In this document: positions 10,679 to 21,520 of the stretch, piece after piece
Numbering within the stretch: position 1 is the first letter of the stretch
How the letters are laid out: each line of letters opens with the position of its first letter
Origin: an uncultured Chloroflexia bacterium
GTDB taxonomy: Bacteria > Chloroflexota > Anaerolineae > CG2-30-64-16
Length of the DNA stretch: 64,000 bases
Assembly: GCA_963810095.1 (NCBI GenBank)
Contig: CAWEMM010000006.1
Location: forward strand, 1,856,168-1,920,167
Reading direction: 5' to 3'
The notes under the pieces: model-generated
Seen by the model: the letters and a program-made list of their open reading frames with translations, nothing else
Told to the model about the DNA's origin: nothing
The model's database searches: none
Program-made: the position numbers and the translations under genes

Positions 10679-10730
10679 AAAAAAAGGTGGTAGGGGGCAG
10701 GCAGAAGTCTGCTTTGCCCCGCTACCGCCG
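10679..10730 (-). terminator. Intrinsic terminator after the GT2 gene
   Basis: GC stem GGCGGTAGCGGGGCA..TGCCCCCTACCACC followed by T7 on the minus strand. Confidence 0.6.
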
Positions 10731-10806
10731 CGCGATCCGTGCCGTTGTCTGGTGCGGAAAAAAGGGACCCCCGGGGTCTTGAAAACCTGGGGGTCTCACC
10801 TGCTCG

Positions 10807-11799
10807 TCAGCGCACCGCCACCCGCTCGGTCATCTGCTCTTCGAACCCCAACGCCTCGCGCACGATGTACAGCGGCCGGCCCTTGACCTCGTCGTAGATG
10901 CGGCCCAGGTACTCGCCGATAATTCCCAGCGAAATCAACTGCACGCCCCCAAGGAAGAGCACCGCCACCAGCGTAGTCGCCTGCCCGTAGAAGGCGTGGC
11001 TGCCCGTCAGGCGCAGGATGATCGTGGCCAGGATGCCAAGCACCGCGAGCGCTGCCGAAATGAACCCGATGTAGGTCGCCAACTGCAGCGGAAAATACGA
11101 GAACGAGGTGATGCCGTCCAGCGCGAACTTGAGCATTTTCTTGAGGGGGTACTTGGTCACGCCCGCATAGCGCTCGGCGCGAACGTAGTGGACGCCGGTC
11201 TGCTTGAAGCCGACCCAGACAGACATTCCCCGCATGAACCGGTGCTTCTCGCGCATGGTTCGCAGCGCCTCGACGACCTTGCGGTCCATCAGGCGAAAGT
11301 CGCCGGTGTCCATGGGGATGTTGATGTCGGTGATCTTGTAGATGATGCGGTAGAACGCTTTGGCCGTGAACTCCTTAAAGAAGGTTTCGCCCTTGCGCTC
11401 AGAGCGCACCGCATAGACAACTTCGTAGCCCTCGCGCCACTTTGCCAGCAGGTCTAGGATCACTTCGGGGGGGTCCTGCAGGTCCGCATCGATGATGACG
11501 ACAGCTTGGCCAGACGCGTAGTCGGCGCCCGCAGTGATGGCGACCTGGTGGCCGAAATTGCGGGCGAAGTTGATCACCTTGACGCGGGGGTCAGCGGCGT
11601 GCAGCTCGCGCATGATCTCGGGGGATCGGTCGCGGCTGCCGTCGTTGATCAGCACCAACTCCCAATCCAGCCCTGCCCCGTCCAACACGACGGAGAGCCG
11701 CTTGTACAGCTCATGCAGGATCGCTTCTTCGTTGAAGACGGGCGCCACCACAGAGAGCGTCGGAGACGCTTCGGAGCGGCGGTGGGGGGGTGTGGACAT
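10807..11799 (-). CDS. GT2 polyprenol-phosphate glycosyltransferase (GtrB/YkoT-like)
   Basis: [38 protein letters not shown], two [17 protein letters not shown]. Confidence 0.93.
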   Translation of the reverse strand: MSTPPHRRSEASPTLSVVAPVFNEEAILHELYKRLSVVLDGAGLDWELVLINDGSRDRSPEIMRELHAADPRVKVINFARNFGHQVAITAGADYASGQAVVIIDADLQDPPEVILDLLAKWREGYEVVYAVRSERKGETFFKEFTAKAFYRIIYKITDINIPMDTGDFRLMDRKVVEALRTMREKHRFMRGMSVWVGFKQTGVHYVRAERYAGVTKYPLKKMLKFALDGITSFSYFPLQLATYIGFISAALAVLGILATIILRLTGSHAFYGQATTLVAVLFLGGVQLISLGIIGEYLGRIYDEVKGRPLYIVREALGFEEQMTERVAVR

Positions 11800-11832
11800 A
11801 AGTGCTCCTTGAGAATCGGGAGACGAAACGGT

Positions 11833-11918
11833 ACACGGATCGAACTGATGAAACTGGTTCGCCTGATTCTTCTACAGATCATGACGATCAGACGGACCGG
11901 TCTAGTTTGCGTTCTATT
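11833..11918. repeat. Degenerate ACTGAT/ACGGAT-rich palindromic intergenic repeat
   Basis: ACACGGATCGAACTGATGAAACTG...GATCAG...GTTCTATT resembles the element at 17241-17358. Confidence 0.4.
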
Positions 11919-12801
11919 CGACCTTCTGCACGCGAAACTCATTTCCCTCACGCACGAGCCGGCCTGCGCCGAGGGTGGGGTCGTGCTGGAAGAAGAGCAG
12001 CGCTTCCTTGCGCCAGGCCCAGTCGCGCAGCGAGCGCTTGGTCTCCATACTGATAAGCGGTTCCACGTCGAATGCGGCGACCCAGCCCAGTTTCTCCATG
12101 GTGACGGCCCAGGGGACGGCATCGGCCATGAAGATCGCGGTCTCGCCTGCGCTCTCGACGATCACGGCCTGGTGTGCTCGTGTGTGACCGGGCGTGGTCA
12201 GAGTACGCACTTCGCCCGTGATCTGGGTATCACCGTTGAGCACCTGGAGCACGGCGTCCGAGTTACCTTTGCAAAGCCCGCTGAGGGGCAGGAAGTTCTC
12301 GGAAAAGTAGGCGTTGCGCGTGCGCTCATTCGGGTACGTCGCGTCGGCCAGCTCGAGCCGCTGGGCCATGTAGGTCGCGTTCGGAAAGGCCGGCACGATC
12401 CGGGCCGTATCCCCCCCGTCGCCCTCCGCAAACTTTGTATTGCCGCCGCAGTGGTCGCCGTGCAGGTGGGTGTCGACCACGATGCTCACGTCCTCGGGCT
12501 TGTAGCCAAGGCCGGCCAGGTCGCCGCCTAGGCGGAATTGGCCGTGCAAGTTGAGCTGGGCCTGCTGCTTGGGGGTGAGCTTGTCACCGTAGCCGGTGTC
12601 GACGAGGATGAGACCCGCCTCGGACTCGATGAGGAGGCACCGCAGCTGCATGGGGATGCGGTTCAGTTCGTCTGCCGCCACAACCTTGCCCCACAGCGTC
12701 TTGGGCACGACGCCGAAATTCGCCCCGCCGTCAGTCCAGAAAACGCCATCGCTGACCAAATGCACCTTGACACGCCCCACCTGGTAAGTACACGCCGCCA
12801 T
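11914..12801 (-). CDS. MBL-fold metallo-hydrolase (YtnP-like)
   Basis: DGGANFGVVPK.LW, LVDTG.G, THLHGDHCGG, TPGHT..H, F.HDP. Confidence 0.9.
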   Translation of the reverse strand: MAACTYQVGRVKVHLVSDGVFWTDGGANFGVVPKTLWGKVVAADELNRIPMQLRCLLIESEAGLILVDTGYGDKLTPKQQAQLNLHGQFRLGGDLAGLGYKPEDVSIVVDTHLHGDHCGGNTKFAEGDGGDTARIVPAFPNATYMAQRLELADATYPNERTRNAYFSENFLPLSGLCKGNSDAVLQVLNGDTQITGEVRTLTTPGHTRAHQAVIVESAGETAIFMADAVPWAVTMEKLGWVAAFDVEPLISMETKRSLRDWAWRKEALLFFQHDPTLGAGRLVREGNEFRVQKVE

Positions 12802-12906
12802 CCACCCGCTCCTTCAACCGGCCATGTGCTTTCGTCATTTAGGACGAAAGCACGCACTAACATACTGATATGACTGTCAAGGTGCGGTCGAGGTTACACG
12901 GGCGTG

Positions 12907-13851
12907 TCAGCCCGTCGCGTGTCGCCGCCCCCGCCGCTCCAGGAGCTCGACGGCTCGCTTCGCCTGATCGCCCACGGTGCCCTTGATCACACGGCTCTTG
13001 TCTGCGGTCAGCGCGGCGAGCGGTTGGTGCGCCTGCTCGTTGCCCACCTGCCCCAAGGCTTGTGCGGCATACGCTCGCACCTGCGGGTCGGAGTCCTGCA
13101 GTGCCTCCAGCAAGGGCTCTTGCGCGTCGGGGTGGGGGATGTGGGCCAGGGCCGCAGCCAGGGCGCGGCGCACCAGCACATCCTGGCCGGGATGCACGAG
13201 CGCGGCGGCCATCGGGCAGGCGGCGATGGTGTTCCCCGCGTGACCCAGGGCCCGGGCGGCCGCCCTGACAACATCCGGCTCCGGGTCGTCGATCAGCGGA
13301 AGCAGCGGCTCGGCGAGGCCAGGATCGCGCACTTCGCCCAGCGCCATGGCAACCGCCGTGCGCACCTGAGGCTCCGGGTCGTCGATGTGCTTGCACAGAG
13401 CAGCCACGGCCGCATCCCCGCCGTGCCGGCCGAGCGCCTGCGCCGCACCTGCCCGGCGTGCAGGATGCGAATCTGCCAACGCGCTCTCGAGTGCCGGAAA
13501 GACGTGGCCCGGCTCCTGCGCAGCCAGCGCTTCGGCTGCGTGCCACGCGACGAACTCCTCGTCGTCGGTGAGCGCGCCGATGAGCGCGTCGACCGCTTCC
13601 TGCCCCAGCAGCGGATTGCGGCGCAACTCGGCGGCCGCATGCCACCGGCGCAGTGGTTCGGCTGCGGCCAACTCGACGAGCTGGACTTCCTCGCTTTCGC
13701 CCTCGGCGCGCTCACGCCAGGCGACGATGGGTGCAGTCAGCCGGAACAGGGTCTCACGTGCGCGGTTGAGCCAGTGCTCCGTCTTCTCGGCAAACCCACG
13801 TTCTTCTGGGGCGGCCGGTTGCTTGCCGGCCTGGTCGTTCTCGGGTGTCAT
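12907..13851 (-). CDS. HEAT/PBS-lyase repeat protein
   Basis: Repeated L.D.DP.VR.AAA.ALG units. Confidence 0.85.
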   Translation of the reverse strand: MTPENDQAGKQPAAPEERGFAEKTEHWLNRARETLFRLTAPIVAWRERAEGESEEVQLVELAAAEPLRRWHAAAELRRNPLLGQEAVDALIGALTDDEEFVAWHAAEALAAQEPGHVFPALESALADSHPARRAGAAQALGRHGGDAAVAALCKHIDDPEPQVRTAVAMALGEVRDPGLAEPLLPLIDDPEPDVVRAAARALGHAGNTIAACPMAAALVHPGQDVLVRRALAAALAHIPHPDAQEPLLEALQDSDPQVRAYAAQALGQVGNEQAHQPLAALTADKSRVIKGTVGDQAKRAVELLERRGRRHATG

Positions 13852-13912
13852 GGAATGATCTGCTTCGTGGTCTCGCGCTGCAGGCTCAGCTTGGTCTGGC
13901 CAAGGTCGCCGG

Positions 13913-14668
13913 CTAACGAAACGTGATAGTGGTCTGGCAGGGAGGCGGATAATTGCCGCTCTTGTCTACCACGACCACGCGAATGCTGTAGGTGCCCGGC
14001 GGCAGCACGTTGAGCGTGCCCAGCCGGCCGCCCACCACCGGCGCTTCGCCGCCGGCGAAGTACGACCACACGTCCGGGCTTGGCCCTGCGCCATACTCGA
14101 GCTTGTAGTAATCGAAGTTGTCGCCCGCCGCGGTCCCGGCGATGGCGACGGCGCCGGTGAAGCTCTGCCCAATGCCCGGCTGCGTAATGACTGCCTGGCC
14201 CGTGGGGCAGCTGGGACGCCGCACGGCCGGCTCGGTTGGCGCGGCCGAGGTCGGCGCGGCACCGGGCGTCTTCGTTGGCCGAGGAGTGGGCTTGCTGGGC
14301 TTCTTCGTGGCGGTGGGGGTTGCGGTCGTGTCCGGCTCGGGCAGGGTCGGCGTCGCCGTTGGCGTGCCGCCGATTGCCACGAAGGCCGGCGTGGCCGTCG
14401 GCCGGTCAGAGATCAACTGCGGTTCGACCGCCTTAAAGACGACCGTGCTGAGCGCATAGACCGCGCCCATGACGATGATGATGCCCAGGGCTGCGCCCCA
14501 CGCGCCGTATACCCGGTTCAGCGCCTGCTCGCGTTCGAGTGAGAACACGGCATAGCGCCGGTCGTGGCGCGCGACGAGGACGACGCGCAAGTACCACAAC
14601 GCCGCGATGGCACACGCGCCGTAAATCCAGGGAGAGAACTCCCGTATAACGTCGATGACAACGGCCAT
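13913..14668 (-). CDS. Membrane protein with 2 TM, Pro/Thr linker and C-terminal Ig-like domain
   Basis: N-terminal hydrophobic helices; PT-rich linker; I.GTA..NFDYYKLEYG...GTYSIRVVVVD. Confidence 0.7.
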   Translation of the reverse strand: MAVVIDVIREFSPWIYGACAIAALWYLRVVLVARHDRRYAVFSLEREQALNRVYGAWGAALGIIIVMGAVYALSTVVFKAVEPQLISDRPTATPAFVAIGGTPTATPTLPEPDTTATPTATKKPSKPTPRPTKTPGAAPTSAAPTEPAVRRPSCPTGQAVITQPGIGQSFTGAVAIAGTAAGDNFDYYKLEYGAGPSPDVWSYFAGGEAPVVGGRLGTLNVLPPGTYSIRVVVVDKSGNYPPPCQTTITFR

Positions 14669-14677
14669 GGTTTGCCG

Positions 14678-15544
14678 CTAGTCCCCCAGCCTCTCCAAAA
14701 CGCCGCGAATGAGTTGCATGAGCTTGGGCGTCATCGAGCGGCCCGCTGCCAGAACCTCTTCGTGGTTGGCCTCTTGCTCGGCGTCCGGATCGTCGATGGC
14801 CGCGTTGCTGATGCCGCTGATACCCAGGACGCGCAGGCCCGTGTGCCGGGCGACGATCACCTCGGGCACCGTGCTCATGCCGCACGCATCGACCCCCGCG
14901 TTGCGCAGAAAGCGTACTTCGGCCGGCGTCTCGAACGTGGGCCCGCCCAGCCCGCCGTAAACGCCCTGGTACAGCTCGATACCGGACTCGGCCGCAACCT
15001 TCACCGCCAGGCGGCGCAGCCCGCGGTCGTAGGCGTTGTTCATCGCCAGGAACCGCGGCCCGAGCGTTTCGTCGTTTGGACCCCAAAGCGGATTGCCGCC
15101 GACCATCGTCATGAAGCCAATGTGGTCCGTGATGAGCATGAGGTCGCCGGCCTTGTACGCCGGATTGACGCCGCCGGCCGCGTTCGTGACGATCAAAGTG
15201 CGAACGCCCAACTCGTGCATCACGCGCACGGGCAAGGTCACCCGCTGCATCGAGTGGCCCTCGTATGCGTGGATGCGTCCCTGCATAATGACTACTTCTT
15301 GCCCGGCAAGGTTCCCGAAGATCAGCTGACCCTGGTGGCCCTCGACGGTGGGCGCGACGAACCCCGGGACGTCGGCGAAGGGTATCCGGTCCGCAGGAGC
15401 GCCGCCTTCGCCGGTTACCTCGTCGGCCAGGGCATTGAGCCCCGAGCCGAGGATCAGGCCGACTGTGGGCCGGTGTGTTGTGCGGGCCCGGAGAAAATCG
15501 GCTATCTCTTCGTATTGCTGCCGCGTGAAGACTTCGTGTTCCAT
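14678..15544 (-). CDS. punA: Purine-nucleoside phosphorylase
   Basis: GLILGSGL, GH.G.L, QGRIHAYEG, TNAAGG, GPTFETPAE, GMSTVPE, NHEEVL. Confidence 0.95.
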   Translation of the reverse strand: MEHEVFTRQQYEEIADFLRARTTHRPTVGLILGSGLNALADEVTGEGGAPADRIPFADVPGFVAPTVEGHQGQLIFGNLAGQEVVIMQGRIHAYEGHSMQRVTLPVRVMHELGVRTLIVTNAAGGVNPAYKAGDLMLITDHIGFMTMVGGNPLWGPNDETLGPRFLAMNNAYDRGLRRLAVKVAAESGIELYQGVYGGLGGPTFETPAEVRFLRNAGVDACGMSTVPEVIVARHTGLRVLGISGISNAAIDDPDAEQEANHEEVLAAGRSMTPKLMQLIRGVLERLGD

Positions 15545-15560
15545 GCTTGTCCCCTGTAGG

Positions 15561-15590
15561 CAACCGGGTTTCTGCCAGAAACTCAGTTCC
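15561..15590. repeat. AAACCxGGTTTC-family palindrome (degenerate copy)
   Basis: CAACCGGGTTTCTGCCAGAAACTCAGTTCC shares its core with the copy at 20590. Confidence 0.6.
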
Positions 15591-15614
15591 TCGCTCGGAA
15601 GATGATCGCTTTTC

Positions 15615-16517
15615 TTACGCCCGCGGATGTGCGCTGTCGTAGACTTCGCGCAGCCGATCACGGGTGACGTGGGTGTAGACCTGGGTGGTGGAGATGTTGG
15701 CGTGGCCGAGCAGCTTCTGCACCTCGCGCAGCCCGGCGCCGCCGTTGAGCATGTGGGTGGCGAACGAATGACGGAGCGTGTGCGGCGTCACCCGGTCTTC
15801 GAGGCCGAGCTGCCGCGCATAGGCCTTAATAATCAGCCAGAGCCCTTGCCGCGTCAACTTTTCGCCGCGTGGATTCAGGAAGAGCGTGCGCTCCTCCGCG
15901 TTGCGCCCACACAGCGCGGGCCGGCCCTTCTCAAGATACTCGGCCACGGCGCGGCAGGCTTCCGCATAGAGCGGCATGACCCGTTCTTTGTTGCCCTTAC
16001 CGATGCAGCGCACGGTGCCTGCGCCCAAGTCGACATCGTCAACCGTCAGTCCTGCCACCTCGCTCACCCGCATGCCGGTGGCGTACAGGACTTCCAGCAG
16101 GGCCGTATCGCGAAGCGCCTTCGCCCCGTGGCCTTGAGCGGGCAGGGCCAGCAGCTTTTCGACCTCGGCCGGGGTCAGGGTGGTGGGCAGTTGCTTCTTG
16201 ACCTTTGGCGAGTCCAGTTCCTCCGCGGGGTTCTCTTCGAGCACTCCGGTCCGAACCAGGAAGCCGCAAAAAGACTTCATGGCCGCGACCTTGCGCGCGA
16301 CGGTGGCGGAAGCGTACTCGCGTTCCTTCAGCCACAGGATGTAGTTGATCAGGTGATCGCGGCTTAAGTCGCTCCAGTCGCCGTCCGACAGGCCGTCCTC
16401 TTTCGTGATGAACTCGTGGAACTGATTGAGGTCGTTCCGATAAGCCGCAACGGTGTTATCGGAACTGCCCTTCTCAGCCGCGAGATGGTTGAGGAACTCC
16501 TGGATCTTCGCGTCCAT
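15615..16517 (-). CDS. xerD: Tyrosine recombinase XerD
   Basis: [55 protein letters not shown]. Confidence 0.9.
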   Translation of the reverse strand: MDAKIQEFLNHLAAEKGSSDNTVAAYRNDLNQFHEFITKEDGLSDGDWSDLSRDHLINYILWLKEREYASATVARKVAAMKSFCGFLVRTGVLEENPAEELDSPKVKKQLPTTLTPAEVEKLLALPAQGHGAKALRDTALLEVLYATGMRVSEVAGLTVDDVDLGAGTVRCIGKGNKERVMPLYAEACRAVAEYLEKGRPALCGRNAEERTLFLNPRGEKLTRQGLWLIIKAYARQLGLEDRVTPHTLRHSFATHMLNGGAGLREVQKLLGHANISTTQVYTHVTRDRLREVYDSAHPRA

Positions 16518-16629
16518 AAGCCGAGGTCTCCCTTGCAACCCGGGACATCGGGATGCTCGCTAAGTTGGTTGCGCGCAACCTATGCCGCGCATTCTAGCAC
16601 AGACTTTGCATAAGCGGAAAACGGACCAG

Positions 16630-16698
16630 GACACAAAGACGCCGTGACGCCGAGAGCAAAAAAGCGTGCTCCCGGCGTGTCTCCGTGTCTTTGTGTTA
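16630..16698. repeat. CACAAAG...CTTTGTG palindromic intergenic repeat
   Basis: ACACAAAGAC...GTCTTTGTGT arms; relatives at 41191, 43766, 49533. Confidence 0.55.
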
Positions 16699-16704
16699 TG
16701 CGTC

Positions 16705-17220
16705 TTAGCGGTCGAAGTAGATGCTCTTGCCCGTGGCCGAGATGGGGATGCCCATGACGAAGTCGGCGTCGATCATGCCCAACTCGCGGGCGACCACGCC
16801 CGCGCGGTACATGATCCGGCTGTCGGCGTTAAGCAGGCCGGCCATTTTGGCGGCCGAGCCCAGCGCGATGCCCATGTCGAGGAGGCGGTACGCGCAGTTT
16901 GGCCCGCGGAACTCGCCTTCGACCGAATTGACCGGCAGCAGCTCGCAGATTTCTACGCCGCACGCGCCGCAGTTCAGCCCCGCGGTCGAAGCCTCTTTGA
17001 TGCCGATGAGCAGGATCGAGTCGGAGGCGGCGACGTTCCGGCCGTCGCGGTCGAAGCTCTTCTTCCCCGTCCGCACGCCGAACTCGGCCATCTTCTGGGC
17101 CAGCATCTGCAGGTCGGGCCCCTCCACAATGGTCATGACGAGGCAGTCCTCGCCCTTGGTCTTCGGCGCGGTCCGTGCGGCCACCGCCATCAGCTCTGCA
17201 ACGATGCGCAATTCTCCCAT
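16705..17220 (-). CDS. Ferredoxin-like Fe-S domain protein (DUF2148)
   Basis: AARTAPK.KG, NCGACG..C, GPNC, DMGIALGSA, SATGKSIYFDR. Confidence 0.85.
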   Translation of the reverse strand: MGELRIVAELMAVAARTAPKTKGEDCLVMTIVEGPDLQMLAQKMAEFGVRTGKKSFDRDGRNVAASDSILLIGIKEASTAGLNCGACGVEICELLPVNSVEGEFRGPNCAYRLLDMGIALGSAAKMAGLLNADSRIMYRAGVVARELGMIDADFVMGIPISATGKSIYFDR

Positions 17221-17240
17221 GATACCTCCTTATGTATTCG

Positions 17241-17358
17241 AGACTGATCTGAAATAGAACACTGATTGGACTGATCTGACTGATTACCACGATCTCTTGC
17301 CTGAAGAAGAGTGCAGATCAGTTCAAGCAGGCATCGGCGTCCTATTTCAGATCAGTTT
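17241..17358. repeat. Long imperfect inverted repeat with internal ACTGAT repeats
   Basis: ACTGATCTGAAATAG...CTATTTCAGATCAGT arms enclosing ACTGATTGGACTGATCTGACTGATT. Confidence 0.6.
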
Positions 17359-19601
17359 AGTCGCCGATCGCGTAAAGCCACCCTTCTGCGGTGTTTACGT
17401 AGAGCCGGCCGGACACGAGCGCCGCGCCCGCAAAGCGCTCGCCGCCCTTGTCAAGTGTGACGCGCCAGCCGGGCTCGCTCCTTTCGCCGGGCCGCACGCC
17501 GATGCACTCGGCTGCCCCTCCGTTCGACGTGCCACAGACATATGCCCGGTCTTGCAGGTCCGTTGCGACGAGCTTCGGGCTTTTCTGACCCCAATGCAAG
17601 TTCGTCACAAGGCGGCCGTCGGCCGTAATCTGGACCACTCGCAGGTCGTCGTACTGGCTGCCGTAGATCAGCGTGCTTGTGCCAAGCGGACTGACTCCGC
17701 TGTCAAACGGCTGGTAGACCGTCGAAGTCTGGTACGTCCAATCCTGTTTCCCGGTGATGGTGGGCGCGCCGTGCACCAGGTCCCAGTTCAACACGCTGTG
17801 CGCCTCCCGCAGATAGCTCCGGCCGTCGCCTCCCGTCATATATTGCGCGTTGATGCCCGCCTTCCCCGCCGTGACGATCGCGCTGTAGTCCAACAGCTTG
17901 CCGGTTTCCGTGTCGATCGCGCTGTCCACCTCAAACAGCACTTTGCCGTTGGGGTGCAGGCGGGGCGCCGCATCACCCGAACCTGCCAGCCGCCCGCTGG
18001 TCCACTTGGACGTGCCATCTGGGTTGACTGCTTCGACCCGGTCGACCGCGCTGTAGTAGATCGTTCCGTCCGGCCCGACGATCGGGCCCGAGCTCGCCCG
18101 GCGTCTGCCCGCGCCCGGCGCACGCCACAGGTAGCCCCCGTCAAGCGTGTAGGCCGAGACGCCGCCCGGCTTATCGGTCACGTAGATCACGCCGAATCCG
18201 CCATTTGCGTCTGCCCCGCCGAGGGCAGGTGTGCCGGCGGGTGCGGCGGGCAGTTCAGACACCCAGCGCAGCGTGCCCTGCGGGTCGACGGAGTAGAGCG
18301 TGCCGGCGGTAGCGACGGCGTAAACATTGCCGGCCTTGTCGACGACGGGACTGCCGGTGAAGCCGCTCTCGTCCTTGAGGAACCAGCGGATGGTGGGCGA
18401 GGGCGCGACCGCCAGGCGAACGGCCGCGCTGCCGTACGCATCGCGCCGCTCCGAGCCCCAAAGATGACCGCCGGCTACAGGTAACTCGGGTGTGCTGAGG
18501 TTTGCGTTCGCGCTGCCATTTGCGATCGCACTACTCTGCCACGGCTTCCAGGCGAACGCGGCCAGCACCACGACAAACACTGCGGCCAGCACAGCCAGGA
18601 TTCTCCGCCGGCGGCCCGTTTCCCGTCCCGGCACGAGCAGCGTCTCCTCGAGCCACGCCCCGACGCGCGCCGAACGCACCGGAGAGGGCGGACCGGCGCC
18701 CTAACTCTCCGAGACTCAGCCGGCGGCGCAGCCCTTCACCCACGAGGTTGAAGCCGAGAATCGCGACAAACACGACGCTGCCTGTGGCGATGGTGGCCCA
18801 CGGCTTGAAGATCTGCCAGGCGGATGACAGCATTTGGCCCAACTCGGGCAGGCCCGAGATGGCCTGTTGCCTGAAGTCGGTCACCTCCACCCAGAATGCG
18901 CCGCCCAGGTAATACCCGAGGAAGCCGAGGCCCGCAATCGTCATCAGCGTTGCGCCGGCCTCGAACGCGAGGAGCATGCTGAGCATGGGCGTTACGTGGC
19001 GCAGGACATGGCGCACGACGTTCTCCGTGCCCGTCGCGCCCATGGAGCGGGCCGACTCGACGAACGGCTGCTGCTTGAGGCTGCGCGTTTGCTCGCTGAC
19101 CACCCGTGCCGTGTCGGCCCAACCGGTCGCGCACAGGCCCAGCAGGAAGGCCGCCAGTCCTTTCTGGATGCCCACCGCGGTGATAACCGCAAGGGCGACG
19201 ATGATGGTCGGAACCGCCAGCGCGCCGGAGATTAGCGCCTCCCACACGCGACCCTGGCGCCCGGTCGACCAGCCCGCAGCCATGCCGACGAGCGCGCCGA
19301 TCAGCAGGCGGACGAGCGCGGCCACGGACAGCAGGATGACCGTCGGCCGCACGCCCCACATCAGGCGGCTGAGTTGGTCACGACCCTGGAGGTCTGATCC
19401 CAACGGGAATCCCGGAACGGTGAACGGTGGATAGGGCACGGGCACCCAAGTCCCATTCACCTGGACAGTGTTGTTCATTTCCAACGGATCGCGCGGGGCC
19501 AGGCCCGGCCCGAAAACCGCGAGCACAAACACGAGCAACAGCAGTGCGCTGCCGAGCACGAGCGGGGCGTTGCCGAGCAACGGACGGCTACGCGGCCTCA
19601 T
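17357..19601 (-). CDS. DppC/OppC-like ABC permease fused to a TM helix and a PQQ-like beta-propeller (frameshift near 18680)
   Basis: FPLGSDLQGRDQLSRL, FVESARSMGA, GFNLVGEGLRR; continues into ORF 17357-18679 with GTLYSVDPQGTLRW-type repeats and final GWLYAIG. Confidence 0.75.
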
Positions 19602-20562
19602 ACGCGCCCTCTTCGGTCCGCTGGGTCGCCGCCCGCAGCCTTGGGTCGGCCCAGCGGGCAACGAGGCCGGCCGCGAGGTCGGCGAGCAGGAAGACGGCCG
19701 CGAGCAAGGTCAGGGTGGTCGCGAGCGCGGCCGGGTTTAGGAAGATTGCGTCTGGGAAGCCCCCCGAGCGGGGCGAAATCAGGACCAGCGCGAGCAGGCG
19801 GCCAAGCCCGGGCCAGGAGAAAATGTACTCGATGACGATTAGCTCGCCAACCATCAGGCGAAGCGCGGCAAAGACTGCAATCGCGACGGGCGCGACGATA
19901 TTGCGCAGGGCGTGTTTGTGACGCACCGTGCGGAGCGACACGCCCACGCTGCGGGCAGTCGTGATGTGCTGCTGATCCATCTCAGAGGCGAGCAGCGACG
20001 CGGTCACCTGCGCCAGTTGCGCGGTCGGCCGGGCCGCGAGCACGGCTACGGGCAGGAGCAGGTGCAAATCCCACCCGAAGCCCTGCACAGGGAGGGCGAT
20101 GCTGAACGGTCCGTAGATGAGGAAGAGCAGGACGCCCATGATCAGAAGACTGCCGACGTAGAAGCCGGGCATGGCCAGGCCGATCGTGGTCAGGGCGGTC
20201 AGCCAGGGTGCGACACGGGTTGGCTCGGTGCGAACAGCCCTGATCCCGAGCGCGACGCCCAAGAGCACGCTGATCGCCAAGGCAAGGGTGATCAGCCCGA
20301 AGCTGGCCGCGGCCGCGCCAAGGACCACCGTGCCGATGTCTGCCCCGGCCGGCGGCAGGGTTCCGAAATCAAGCCGGGCCAGGCCCTTGAGATACTCGAG
20401 GTACGCAGGCAGCAGAGGCGCGGGCTTGTCGTTCAGGGCAAACATCGGGTTGTTGGCGAGTTGAACCGGGCGCACAAGGTGCGCGTAGGCAAAGCCGGCG
20501 AAATTGACCAGCAGCAGCGCCAGAGGGATCGCGGCCAGCCTGCGGAGGATGTAGCGATTCAC
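19588..20562 (-). CDS. DppB/OppB-like ABC permease
   Basis: MNRYILRRL, YLEYLKGLARLDFG, TARSVG..KHALRN, IEYIFSWPGLG, DPRLR. Confidence 0.9.
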   Translation of the reverse strand: MNRYILRRLAAIPLALLLVNFAGFAYAHLVRPVQLANNPMFALNDKPAPLLPAYLEYLKGLARLDFGTLPPAGADIGTVVLGAAAASFGLITLALAISVLLGVALGIRAVRTEPTRVAPWLTALTTIGLAMPGFYVGSLLIMGVLLFLIYGPFSIALPVQGFGWDLHLLLPVAVLAARPTAQLAQVTASLLASEMDQQHITTARSVGVSLRTVRHKHALRNIVAPVAIAVFAALRLMVGELIVIEYIFSWPGLGRLLALVLISPRSGGFPDAIFLNPAALATTLTLLAAVFLLADLAAGLVARWADPRLRAATQRTEEGAYEAA

Positions 20563-20589
20563 GTTATCGACTCAAAAGCCAGCATTCAG

Positions 20590-20622
20590 AGAAACCAGGT
20601 TTCTGCCAGAAACCTGGTTTCT
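20590..20622. repeat. AAACCAGGTTTC-family palindrome (perfect copy)
   Basis: AGAAACCAGGTTTCT-GCC-AGAAACCTGGTTTCT. Confidence 0.75.
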
Positions 20623-21518
20623 TAAGCCTCGTCTCCCCGCAGCGCCTGCCACGCAGGGCTTGCTTCCCGCTCGTCCCACCATAAGGGCGCGTCGCCCCAG
20701 CGCCATTTGATGAAGTCGGCAGTGCGCTCGGGGCGCGGATCGGTCCCGGGCGGGCGCAGCCGGTTGGCCATGTTCGTGGCGAGTGGAAACTCCCCGTCGA
20801 GGGCAACTAACGCACGATACAGCGCCCGGGTGTCGTAGCGGACCGGCCGCAGCGTGACGCGCCAGCCGCCCTGGCGGCTCCAATCGAGCAAGGCATAATC
20901 GGCGCGGCCCGCCTCTTTTTCGCGGCCGCGGCCGTAGCTCGTCGTGCCCGGGCTGACCACCAGCGTCGCGCCGCCGGCGGCGCGCTTCACGCTCCGCTGG
21001 AAGACTGAATGGGTGTGGCCGCAGACGACGACGTCGGCGTCGGCCCCGCCGAGCAGTTGGCGCACCCGCTCGTCGGTCTGCACCCAAGGGGCGCGGTCTT
21101 CGCCTGGGCGCGGCAGCATGGGCAGGAACGGGTTGCCCGGCGCGCCGTGGACGATCAGCAAGTCCTCCAACCGCCCCGCGCTGAGCGCCACGTACTCCGG
21201 GAGGCTGCTGAGCCAGCGCAGCCGCTCGGGACCCAACCGCTCGCGCTCCCACTGCACGAGTTCGATCATCAGCGGCTCTTGCCAATGCTCGGGCCACAGC
21301 TCTGTGCCCCACAGCAGCACGTACAGCTCGGCGTTGCCGAGAATCGGCTGGCAAGGCAGCGCGGCCAGCAGGTCGACCACTTCGGGGCCCCATGGGAATT
21401 TGTAGACGAGGTCGCCGGAAATGACCAGTGCATCGGGCGCGTCGCTGCGCAGTGCGCCGAGCACCGCCTGCAGGCCGAACAGGTTGCCGTGAATGTCACC
21501 GAGAACTGCGATACGCAT
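20622..21518 (-). CDS. Calcineurin-like metallophosphoesterase
   Basis: GDIHGN, GDLV, GNAE, VHGAP, CGHTH, SPGT. Confidence 0.9.
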   Translation of the reverse strand: MRIAVLGDIHGNLFGLQAVLGALRSDAPDALVISGDLVYKFPWGPEVVDLLAALPCQPILGNAELYVLLWGTELWPEHWQEPLMIELVQWERERLGPERLRWLSSLPEYVALSAGRLEDLLIVHGAPGNPFLPMLPRPGEDRAPWVQTDERVRQLLGGADADVVVCGHTHSVFQRSVKRAAGGATLVVSPGTTSYGRGREKEAGRADYALLDWSRQGGWRVTLRPVRYDTRALYRALVALDGEFPLATNMANRLRPPGTDPRPERTADFIKWRWGDAPLWWDEREASPAWQALRGDEA

Positions 21519-21520
21519 GA

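Noticed and set aside
15615-16517. Tyrosine recombinase as an integrase of a mobile element
   Set aside because: Size, motifs and position beside punA fit housekeeping XerD; no att sites or cargo seen
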